From NCBI GenBank assembly GCA_902623395.1, contig CACNTN010000003.1, positions 63,683 through 127,682 of the forward strand: a stretch of 64,000 bases of DNA, in the 5' to 3' direction. The notes under the pieces were generated by a model. That model did not search any database. It was not told the origin of the DNA and saw only the letters and a list, made by a program, of their open reading frames with translations. Positions 38,157 to 46,306 of the stretch are shown piece after piece. Every line of letters begins with the position of its first letter. The first letter of the stretch is position 1. The DNA is from an uncultured Pelagibacteraceae bacterium (GTDB lineage: Bacteria > Pseudomonadota > Alphaproteobacteria > Pelagibacterales > Pelagibacteraceae). A program made the translations under genes and the position numbers.

Positions 38157-40260
38157 GGAAAATTTTTCACCTGATTATCCCGGAGCCGTATCCTTATTCG
38201 TTTACGAAACATCTAAGATAAGTAAATTTAAAAAAACTATCACTATTTTCGGTAATACTCTTTACAAAAGAAAATTCAAACTAAAATATGTAAACATTGA
38301 TCTGAAGAAAAATTTATTCGTCAGTCAAACAAATAATTATGTAAAAAAATTTATTGATTTGGAAAAAAATATAAATTCATCAATAATAGAAGTTCACAAC
38401 AGACCTAGTTATGTACACATTATAAATTCAAAATTTAACAATAAAATTTTAACCCTATATTTTCATAATGACCCTTTATCGATGAATGGTTCAAAGACTA
38501 TTGATCAAAGAAAAAAATTACTAAAAATTTGTTATAAAATAATATTTAATAGCTCATGGTCAAAAAAAAGATTTTTAGAAGGACTGGAAAATAAATTCGT
38601 TAATAGTAATAAATTATTGATTTTTTATCAGTCTGCTCAAAAAGGACAATTATCTCTAATTAACAATAAAAAAAAATGGATTACATTTGTTGGTAAACTA
38701 AATAGGGCTAAAGGTTATGATATTTTTGCAAAATCAATTGTTAAAGTTCTCAATAAGCATCCGGATTGGGAAGCAAAAATTATTGGTGATGAGAAAAGAG
38801 AAAAAATTCCACTCACACATAAAAAAGTTCAATTATTGGGTTTTAAAAAACATAATGAAGTCTTAAATATTTTTAAAAAAACAAGTATCACTGTAGCTTG
38901 TTCAAGATGGGAAGAACCCTTTGGTAGAACAAGTTTAGAAGCATCAGCTAATGGATGTGCGGTGATAATAACTAATAAAGGTGGTTTGCCAGAAACTGTT
39001 ACTGATGCAAAAATAATTTCTAGATTAAACGAGAAAAATTTAACTAGTACTATTTTACACCTTATTAGAAACAAAAAACTAAGAAAAAAATTACAATCTT
39101 TATCAATTAAAAACTTCTATCTCACTCATAAAAATGTTTCAAGGATGATTGACGAATATAGATCTGAAAAACTTGATTTCAAAAAAAATATATTCCTTAA
39201 GATAAGACAAAAAAGTTTAAGAATTTTACATGTTACAAATTTTAACGAAAGGCTAGATGGGCGTCTTTTTTTTAATACTGGTAGACGATTAAATAATGGT
39301 TTTATAAGATTGGGTCACAGTGTTTTAGGATTCAGCGATAGAGATATACAAAAGTATTACAAATCTGTTAGCGATTTTAGAGGTTCAGCAACATTAAATG
39401 ATAAATTAAAAAAAACTTGTTATAATTATAAACCTGATTTAGTAATAATTGGTCATGCTGATTTAATTTCGAGTCAACAAGTTGAAGAATTAAAACATGA
39501 TAATCCTAACACCAAATTTGCTCAATGGTTTTTAGATCCACTAAATAAAAACGGACCTGACTATTTAAGAAATAAAGCAAGAATAATGGATAAGATAAAT
39601 TTAATGGATGGTACTTTTTTAACAACTTGTCCTTCTGTTTTAAATTTTTTACCAAAAGATAAAAAAAGTTTTTATATTCCCAATCCTAGCGATGAATCTT
39701 TTGAAACGTTAAATAATTATAACCATTCCTGTCCTGTAGACGTTTTTTTTGCTTTAAGTCACGGCGTTCATCGAGGTAAGCTAAAGACTGGTAAAACTGA
39801 CGATAGGGTTGATTTTTTAAATAGATTAAAAGGAATAACGCCTGATATCAAATTTGATTTGTACGGAATTAATAATGTTCAACCTATATGGGCTGATCAT
39901 TATTTTAAAACTATTTCAAGAGCAAAGATGGGTCTCAATCTAAGTAGGGGAGATGCAATAAAATATTATAGCAGTGACAGAATTACACAAATTATAGGAA
40001 ATGGACTAGTTTGTTTGATAGATGAAAAAACTCAATACACTAATTTTTTTAATAAAGATGAAATGATTTTTTATAAAAATGCAGAAGATCTGTCTGAAAA
40101 GATATTAAAAATAGCTAGAGATGAAAAACTTAGAAAAAAAATCGGAAGAAAGGGTAAAGAAAAATATATGAAGTATTTTAATTCAAATCTAGTTGCTCAA
40201 TTTATAATAGAAAAAACATTAGATATAAGAAGTAAGAATGAGTACTTTTGGTCCAAATAG
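38128..40260 (+). CDS. two-domain glycosyltransferase (N-terminal GT4-like; C-terminal CgeB/Glyco_trans_1_2-like)
   Basis: The N-terminal half has the GT4 'EPFGRTSLEASANGCAVIITNKGGLPETV' motif. The C-terminal half ends with 'YYSSDRITQIIGNGLVCLID...FYKNAEDLSEKI...RKKIGRKGKE', typical of CgeB-like GT domains. Confidence 0.7.
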   Translation: MKISILLPYKENFSPDYPGAVSLFVYETSKISKFKKTITIFGNTLYKRKFKLKYVNIDLKKNLFVSQTNNYVKKFIDLEKNINSSIIEVHNRPSYVHIINSKFNNKILTLYFHNDPLSMNGSKTIDQRKKLLKICYKIIFNSSWSKKRFLEGLENKFVNSNKLLIFYQSAQKGQLSLINNKKKWITFVGKLNRAKGYDIFAKSIVKVLNKHPDWEAKIIGDEKREKIPLTHKKVQLLGFKKHNEVLNIFKKTSITVACSRWEEPFGRTSLEASANGCAVIITNKGGLPETVTDAKIISRLNEKNLTSTILHLIRNKKLRKKLQSLSIKNFYLTHKNVSRMIDEYRSEKLDFKKNIFLKIRQKSLRILHVTNFNERLDGRLFFNTGRRLNNGFIRLGHSVLGFSDRDIQKYYKSVSDFRGSATLNDKLKKTCYNYKPDLVIIGHADLISSQQVEELKHDNPNTKFAQWFLDPLNKNGPDYLRNKARIMDKINLMDGTFLTTCPSVLNFLPKDKKSFYIPNPSDESFETLNNYNHSCPVDVFFALSHGVHRGKLKTGKTDDRVDFLNRLKGITPDIKFDLYGINNVQPIWADHYFKTISRAKMGLNLSRGDAIKYYSSDRITQIIGNGLVCLIDEKTQYTNFFNKDEMIFYKNAEDLSEKILKIARDEKLRKKIGRKGKEKYMKYFNSNLVAQFIIEKTLDIRSKNEYFWSK

Positions 40261-40292
40261 TTGAGAAATAAAGAAATTAATTAATAAATTTT

Positions 40293-41174
40293 GTGAACAA
40301 ATATTTAATATTTAGAACAGATAGGATAGGTGATTTTTTAATTTCAGCAATTTTAATAAAATGCATTAAAAAAAATGATCCTAATTCAAAAATAACTCTT
40401 GTAGGATCCAAAAATAATTCCTCTTATATACGACATTTTGACTATGTAGATGAGGTGATCAAATTAGAAAATAATATTTTTGAAAAACTTAAATTAATTC
40501 ATAAACTGAGAAGATATAAGTTTTCAAACATAATTGTTCACGATAACAAAAAAAGATCAAAATTTATTACTTTTTTTTTAAAATCAAAAAAGAAAATCTT
40601 TGTAGTAAATAATCAAAAAAAACCACATATTAATATTATTCAACATATTTTAAAAAAAATGAATTTTGAATACTATCAAGACTCTCTTGACTTATTTGAC
40701 TATAATAAATTTAACAAATCACAAAATAATGAATTAATTCAATTACATTTCGATGAGAAATGGATTCATGATGAATATATAAACAAATTTACTAATATTG
40801 AACCTTCCGAACGGGAATTGATAGATTTAGTTAGGACAATTAAACAAAAAACTAATAAAGATTTAATTATTACTACAGGCATACTTTTACCGATGATATT
40901 AAATAGGATAGAACCTGATTTATATAAATTAAATGTAAGAATCTATAAAAAGCTTGATTTTCTCGAATTAGAAAAAATAACGTCTAAATCTAAAATATTA
41001 ATTTCATGCCATGGTGCTATTTCACATGTAGCTGCCGCTTATAAAATTAAACAAATTGATATTATTGATAGAGGCTATGATTACAATAAATGGACTAATC
41101 ATTTTAGAAATTATAACTCTATTTACCGAGAGAAATTTTCTGAATTAAGTAAAAATATAATAAGTAAAATATGA
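40293..41174 (+). CDS. glycosyltransferase family 9-like (heptosyltransferase-like) protein
   Basis: N-terminal 'YLIFRTDRIGDFLISAILIKCIKK' resembles the GT9 'R.GD.l...P' start. C-terminal 'ISCHGAISHVAAA' fits. 293 aa, short for the family. GTG start. Confidence 0.5.
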   Translation: MNKYLIFRTDRIGDFLISAILIKCIKKNDPNSKITLVGSKNNSSYIRHFDYVDEVIKLENNIFEKLKLIHKLRRYKFSNIIVHDNKKRSKFITFFLKSKKKIFVVNNQKKPHINIIQHILKKMNFEYYQDSLDLFDYNKFNKSQNNELIQLHFDEKWIHDEYINKFTNIEPSERELIDLVRTIKQKTNKDLIITTGILLPMILNRIEPDLYKLNVRIYKKLDFLELEKITSKSKILISCHGAISHVAAAYKIKQIDIIDRGYDYNKWTNHFRNYNSIYREKFSELSKNIISKI

Positions 41175-41734
41175 ATTTTTTAAATAATTTTAATAATTCT
41201 AAAAATATTCGTTTTAAGTCTTTTGAAGAAACTTTAAAAATTTGCATCAAAAGAAAACATAAAATAATTGTTGAAACCGGTACTGCAAGAGGAAAAACGA
41301 AATTTTTTTTTTTTAATCAATATAATTGGAAAGATGGAATGAGTACTCCAATGTTTGCTGAATATGCTAAATATGTAGGCGGAAAACTATATACTTGTGA
41401 TATTTCTAAAAAAAATATAAATAATGCAAAAAAATTTACAAGTAAATATTCAGAATATATAAAATTTAATGTTCAAAATAGTGTAGAATTTCTTGAGAAA
41501 TTTGAGGGAATTATTGATCTTCTTTATTTAGACTCTTTAGATGGTCATGACACAATTTTAGCCTCTAATCACCAACTAAAAGAGGTAAAAGCTGCAATAG
41601 ACAAATTGCACCAAAAATCATTGATTTTACTCGATGACAAGGGTTTAAAGACCAATTTATCAATTAATTTTTTAATTGAAAATGACTTTAAGATAATCTT
41701 TGAAACTAAATATCAAGTGTTACTCTCTAAATAA
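41171..41734 (+). CDS. class I SAM-dependent methyltransferase-like protein
   Basis: Motif I-like 'IVETGTARG' and post-I acidic 'LYLDSLDG'. 187 aa. ATGA-coupled to the GT9-like gene. Confidence 0.5.
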   Translation: MNFLNNFNNSKNIRFKSFEETLKICIKRKHKIIVETGTARGKTKFFFFNQYNWKDGMSTPMFAEYAKYVGGKLYTCDISKKNINNAKKFTSKYSEYIKFNVQNSVEFLEKFEGIIDLLYLDSLDGHDTILASNHQLKEVKAAIDKLHQKSLILLDDKGLKTNLSINFLIENDFKIIFETKYQVLLSK

Positions 41735-41745
41735 TAATTTCTTAA

Positions 41746-42519
41746 TTAAAAATTTTTAAAATAAAAATCTTTTTCAATTGTTTTAAAATGAATAAATTCT
41801 TTTTTTTTTAGATAATTTATTATATTTCTTTGTCGTTTTTCAAATAATTCAATTTGTAATATTACTTGGTTAAACTTTAAAAGATTATTAAAACCTTCCA
41901 AAACTTTGTCTTCATGTCTTTCTACATCAATCTTTAAAGCAATTTTTTCATTTTTTATTTTAATAATATTGTCCCCTATATACGTTTTACTTTGAATTTT
42001 ATTTATTTTTTTATAATCATAATTCTTTATTTCTTCATCATAGGTATCATATATTGAATAACCACCTGTTTTATTTTTATCTGGCACCCACATTTCAACC
42101 TCTCGTTCAAGATTTGATAGTGCAAAATTGAAAGTTTTAATATTCAAAAAATTATTTAAATCCCTATTTTTTATCAATTGATCAAAATTTTCTTTTATTG
42201 GCTCAAAGGAAAACACTTGTCTTGTAATTTTTGATATGATCATAGAATAAAAACCCATATGAGCTCCAATATCTATAAAAAAATTTACTTTATTTTTTTT
42301 TATATTTTCAACCAGATATTCAATTTGTTTTTTTTCATAATTACCTTTTAAAAATATTTCTCTATCTATTGGATTAAGTAAATTTACATTAAGAAAAATA
42401 TTTTTGTATTTTATTTTAACTCTTTTTTTTTTTAGTATTTTTATATAAATCTTTATAAGAGATGGTATTATCCTTTTAAATACCTTAATTTTATATATAC
42501 TTTGTAAAATTTTTCTCAT
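41746..42519 (-). CDS. FkbM-family methyltransferase
   Basis: 'FFIDIGAHMGFYS' and 'VFSFEP' are typical of Methyltransf_21/FkbM. 257 aa. Its start codon overlaps the recombinase stop (ATGA). Confidence 0.65.
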   Translation of the reverse strand: MRKILQSIYKIKVFKRIIPSLIKIYIKILKKKRVKIKYKNIFLNVNLLNPIDREIFLKGNYEKKQIEYLVENIKKNKVNFFIDIGAHMGFYSMIISKITRQVFSFEPIKENFDQLIKNRDLNNFLNIKTFNFALSNLEREVEMWVPDKNKTGGYSIYDTYDEEIKNYDYKKINKIQSKTYIGDNIIKIKNEKIALKIDVERHEDKVLEGFNNLLKFNQVILQIELFEKRQRNIINYLKKKEFIHFKTIEKDFYFKNF

Positions 42520-43469
42520 ATTTTGATTTTATTAAGAGCGTTATTTTTAAATATATTAGCTTCTCTTATATATCTTCTTACCATTTGAGTTGTTTTATGT
42601 CCTGTCATTGCCATTATACTTCTTTCATCTGCGCCAGACTCTGCTGCCACAGTTGCAAAACCTGATCTTAAACTATGACCTGAAAAATCTTTATTTTCTA
42701 TTCCTGCTGTATTTAAGTAATCTTTGATTATTAATACTACCGATTGATCAGTGAGCCTGTGACTGGTTAGTATTGAACCCTTTGCAAATCTCCTAAATAT
42801 TGGACCAGTTTTTATTTTAGATAAGTTCAACCAATTCTTTAAACTTGTTACAGGACAATATTTTGAATTAGTAAAGTAGGGCAGTCCTTTAATTAGACCC
42901 TCTCCAAATTGATCAGTTTTTGATCTTCTTAAGGTTATTTTTACACCTTGTTCAACAAAATCTAAATCTTCATGGTCAATAGAAATTAATTCTGTCCTTC
43001 TAAAACCACCACCAAAACCCACAAGTATTAATGTTCTATCCCTTAATTTTTTAATTTTTGCTATTTTTTGTTCGTCTATTACATTAATTATTTGTTTTAA
43101 GTGGTTGATTAATAACGGTTTTTTACCTATTTGAATACTTCCTTTTTTTCTCTTAATACCCATTAAATTCTCAATTATAGCTGGATGTTTTGTATCTAAA
43201 TAATGACCTTTAATTTTATGTACAATTCCAATAGATACTAACCTACGCCTTAAAGTGCTTATTTTTGATTTTGTAGAAAGATAAGTTAGATATAATGATA
43301 CAACTTTAGGTTCAGTGGGCATTGAATTGAATCCATGTTTTGCACAAAATGCTCCAAAATCTTTAAAGTCAGATTTATAGGCTCTTAGCGTATTATTAGC
43401 TTTAGATAACTTGAGGTTGTTTAAAGTGTCCTCATGAAGTTTTTTAAGATCTGTTACTAAGTCATTCAT
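42516..43469 (-). CDS. tyrosine site-specific recombinase, Cre-like architecture
   Basis: N-terminal SAM-like domain ('NTLRAYKSDFKDFGAFCAKHG', 'VVSLYLTYL'). Catalytic residues in 'GFRRTELISI' (Arg), 'RRSKTDQ' (Lys), 'SGHSLRSG' (H-x-x-R) and 'GHKTTQMVRRYIR' (His/Tyr). Confidence 0.85.
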   Translation of the reverse strand: MNDLVTDLKKLHEDTLNNLKLSKANNTLRAYKSDFKDFGAFCAKHGFNSMPTEPKVVSLYLTYLSTKSKISTLRRRLVSIGIVHKIKGHYLDTKHPAIIENLMGIKRKKGSIQIGKKPLLINHLKQIINVIDEQKIAKIKKLRDRTLILVGFGGGFRRTELISIDHEDLDFVEQGVKITLRRSKTDQFGEGLIKGLPYFTNSKYCPVTSLKNWLNLSKIKTGPIFRRFAKGSILTSHRLTDQSVVLIIKDYLNTAGIENKDFSGHSLRSGFATVAAESGADERSIMAMTGHKTTQMVRRYIREANIFKNNALNKIKI

Positions 43470-43470
43470 A

Positions 43471-43503
43471 TTACTATTGATAACAATTAATTATCATTAG
43501 TAA
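43471..43503. repeat. 13-7-13 imperfect palindrome (lox/dif-like core-site architecture or operator) abutting the recombinase start
   Basis: TTACTATTGATAA-CAATTAA-TTATCATTAGTAA. The arms are reverse complements at 12 of 13 positions. It begins 2 nt upstream of the recombinase ATG, inside a 52-bp divergent spacer. Confidence 0.45.
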
Positions 43504-43521
43504 TATATTAAGTGATTTTAG

Positions 43522-43713
43522 ATGTCAATACGTATAATTTTAAATCTAATGATTAAATTTATTCTTCCTATAGTAGTATTCATAGCTGCTGTTTACGGGA
43601 TTTCGTATTTCTGGACTAACTCAAGCTCTAAAGGCAAAAAATTGATAGCTTTAGGCTTAATAATAGCCCTAATAATAGGCTTATCTTTAACAATTTACTT
43701 AATATCTGACTAA
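43522..43713 (+). CDS. hypothetical small membrane protein (2 predicted TM helices)
   Basis: 63 aa with two hydrophobic stretches. Its stop overlaps the MGMT start (TAATG). No recognisable family. Confidence 0.35.
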   Translation: MSIRIILNLMIKFILPIVVFIAAVYGISYFWTNSSSKGKKLIALGLIIALIIGLSLTIYLISD

Positions 43714-43988
43714 TGAAGCTAATAGGAACTAAATTTCAACAAAAAGTATGGACTTATTTGATGAAAATACCTCGCGGAAGCGTTAAAACCTACTCTCAAG
43801 TGGCAAAAGGCATAGGAAAACCGCTTGCTGCACGTGCTGTGGCCAATGCCATAGGAAAAAACCCTTATGCACCCAAAATTCCTTGTCATAGAGTTATAAG
43901 ATCTAACGGATCTCTTGGGGGCTATTCTGGCAAAGGAGGAGTAAAAACTAAGAGATTTTTGCTAAAAAAAGAGGGTATAAGGCTCTAG
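43713..43988 (+). CDS. MGMT-family protein (O6-alkylguanine-DNA alkyltransferase catalytic/DNA-binding domain only)
   Basis: 91 aa. 'IPRGSVKTYSQVA' HTH region and active-site 'IPCHRVIRSNGSLGGY'. No N-terminal Ada/Ogt domain. Confidence 0.8.
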   Translation: MKLIGTKFQQKVWTYLMKIPRGSVKTYSQVAKGIGKPLAARAVANAIGKNPYAPKIPCHRVIRSNGSLGGYSGKGGVKTKRFLLKKEGIRL

Positions 43989-44400
43989 AATTGTTATTTG
44001 ACGGGCGATCGGGTCTATTAGCCCCTATTTGACTATATTTTTTGTCCACACACTAGTCAGTTGTACTCTATAATCAATGATTACAAAAAAAACGCCCTCT
44101 ATGGCCGTTTAAACGCTATATTCAATACACGCAAAGCTTGTAGAATTATTGATTATTGCTGCTTTTAGAGTAGTCTAAAACACCCTATTTTGCTGTATTT
44201 TAGGCTTTCAATAGTTAATTTTTAAGAATTTATCTAGTAAATCCTCAATTTTAAGCAATTCTTTGGACTTATTACCTGCTTTTTTTAGCCTAAATAAGCA
44301 TTATTTTTCAATGTTTATTTACATTTTTTATAATATATAGAAATAATACTTACCTATTACTTTATGTATTACTTTAATTATATTATGTAACTTACTGTAT
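43989..44400. other. 412-bp non-coding spacer between convergent genes (possible ncRNA, island boundary or decayed gene)
   Basis: No ORF of 60 aa or more in any frame. It is by far the longest non-coding stretch in the window. It contains a 29-bp direct repeat (22/29 identical, 160 bp apart), a 13-bp long-range stem and a short tandem repeat. Confidence 0.6.
44085..44110 (-). terminator. weak candidate intrinsic terminator (minus-strand sense)
   Basis: On the minus strand, AACGGCC-AUAGA-GGGCGUU forms a 7-bp stem with one G/G mismatch, followed by U8 (plus-strand A run 44085-44092). Confidence 0.3.
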
Positions 44401-45300
44401 TTATTGAAAATATTTTAAGCTAAAATAAACTACTATTGGGATAGTTATAAATGACATTACGGTAGAAGTTACGATAACGCTAGCTACGCTATCAACCACC
44501 TTCCTCTCTGAATACATTGAACCAACCAAATAGGTTAAAACAGCGCTTGGCATACATGATTGAATTAAAAGAACACCAGCAGCAAAACCATTTAAATTAA
44601 GAAATTTAATTAATCCAAATCCTATTAAAGGTCCGATAATAACTCTAACCGCTCCTAGAATTGATGCATGAGTCCAAGACACTACTTTTAATCTTGATAA
44701 AGCAATACCTAAAGACATTAAAACTAAAAATATAGTAGCGTATGTTAGTAAAAATGTAGTGTTTTCTAAATATCCAGGAACATCCCATTCAAAATATAAA
44801 AAAATGACTGAAATAATTATTCCGTAAATTGGCATATTCTTAATTAATATTTCAAATGAAAAGCTTTTTTTGGCCAATAAAACTCCAAGTGTAAAGTGAA
44901 GAAGAATGATTACTGATGCAATAGCAGATGCGACCCCTAGCCCAGCTGTTCCATAAGCAAATAAACAAATAGGAATACCCATATTTCCAGTGTTGGGTAA
45001 AATTAATGGAGGCAATTCACTAATAAAATCTTTTTTAAGTAATAAAAGAAATATAATACCTACAATTGAAAAACCTCCGATTATTATAAGTGCATAAATA
45101 AAATATTCAGTAAAAACACTTAAGGTTACCCCGGTAGTTGTAATTGTGTAAAAAATCATTGCAGGTGTACCAACGTTGCCAGCAAAAGTGGTTATAAAAT
45201 CTGTACTAATTTCAGGATTTTTTCTTCCAAGATAATAACCTACCCCAATAACAAAAAAAACAGGGGCAATAACATCAATGAGTTTTAAGTAGAGCTCCAT
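44401..45300 (-). CDS. AEC-family (auxin efflux carrier/MdcF-like) transporter
   Basis: 299 aa and about 10 TM segments. The N-terminus 'IDVIAPVFFVIGVGYYLGR' is typical of the Mem_trans/AEC family. Confidence 0.75.
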   Translation of the reverse strand: MELYLKLIDVIAPVFFVIGVGYYLGRKNPEISTDFITTFAGNVGTPAMIFYTITTTGVTLSVFTEYFIYALIIIGGFSIVGIIFLLLLKKDFISELPPLILPNTGNMGIPICLFAYGTAGLGVASAIASVIILLHFTLGVLLAKKSFSFEILIKNMPIYGIIISVIFLYFEWDVPGYLENTTFLLTYATIFLVLMSLGIALSRLKVVSWTHASILGAVRVIIGPLIGFGLIKFLNLNGFAAGVLLIQSCMPSAVLTYLVGSMYSERKVVDSVASVIVTSTVMSFITIPIVVYFSLKYFQ

Positions 45301-46304
45301 TAAGCTCTTACATCAGATTTCCTTGGTTTTCTCAACTTATTTTTGAAATTTATAGCTTCTTCAAATTCCATTAGACGTTTGTGAATTGATCTTAATTCAG
45401 TAATTCTAGTCCAATTTTGTAAGAATAGTGAAAAACTACTTTGTACTTCTCTAAAAGCACTAGATGTTTGAATTAAAACACCTAACGTCATAGCACCAGT
45501 AAATAAACCTGGCCCCATTAATAAATACGGTACAATAATCATAGTTTGGTTATACATAATTAACCAAAGATCAAAATATCCGTAATGTAAGAAAAGTCTG
45601 TGATAATTGAATTTTATGCCCGTAAATAATTGTAAAATAGAGGGTGCTTGAGCGTAATTTTTTCTATCATCCTCACCATAAACTAACTCTTTTCTAAAAG
45701 CAGCTTCTACTTTTTGATTATTATATTCGAGACCTGGAAGTTTAATTCCAACAATCCAACTTATAACTAAACCACCTAAACTAGCCACTAAAGAGACCCA
45801 CACAAGTGACCCGGAAATGTCTTTAAAAAAAGGAATTACTACATTAGACGAAAGCCCCCAAAGTATAGGAAGAAAGGCAATCAATAACATAATTGCCCTT
45901 ACTACTTGTAAGCCTAAACTTTCTACAATTTTAGCAAAATTCATTGCATCTTCTTGTATACGTTGTGAAGCTCCTTCAACTTTTGCATCAACAGCTCTCC
46001 AATAAGGCATGTAGGAAAAAGTCATTGCTTCTCTCCACCTAAAAGCCCACAATCTTGTAAAATAATTAGTCACTGTGTAAATAATTACGTAAGGGATAGC
46101 TAACTTCATAAATAGAGCTATTCCATCATAAAATTCAGATAATTCCCTATTAGGAGCATCTTGTAAAAGATCGTAAAATCCTTTGTACCACTCATTAATC
46201 TTAACATCGATATAAGTTTGGGCTAAAAGTGATAATATTATAAAAGCAAAGCCGCCCCACGACCATAGTAACCACTTATTTTCTGTAAAATAACTACGCC
46301 ACAT
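45300..46304 (-). CDS. SbmA/BacA-like inner-membrane transporter
   Basis: 'DVKINEWYKGFYDLLQ' parallels E. coli SbmA 'VAVNAWYAPFYDLIQ'. 334 aa, transmembrane domain only. Confidence 0.7.
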   Translation of the reverse strand: MWRSYFTENKWLLWSWGGFAFIILSLLAQTYIDVKINEWYKGFYDLLQDAPNRELSEFYDGIALFMKLAIPYVIIYTVTNYFTRLWAFRWREAMTFSYMPYWRAVDAKVEGASQRIQEDAMNFAKIVESLGLQVVRAIMLLIAFLPILWGLSSNVVIPFFKDISGSLVWVSLVASLGGLVISWIVGIKLPGLEYNNQKVEAAFRKELVYGEDDRKNYAQAPSILQLFTGIKFNYHRLFLHYGYFDLWLIMYNQTMIIVPYLLMGPGLFTGAMTLGVLIQTSSAFREVQSSFSLFLQNWTRITELRSIHKRLMEFEEAINFKNKLRKPRKSDVRA

Positions 46305-46306
46305 AA

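Noticed and set aside
37896-43988. Possibility that the recombinase marks a prophage
   Set aside because: There are no capsid, portal, terminase, tail or lysis genes and no flanking tRNA. The content is glycosyltransferases and methyltransferases, so an islet or cassette is a better description than a prophage.
43991-44030. Possible intrinsic terminator for the MGMT gene (GGGC...GCCC followed by T-rich sequence)
   Set aside because: The stem is only 4 bp with a 14-nt loop, and the T tract is interrupted. This is too weak to call.
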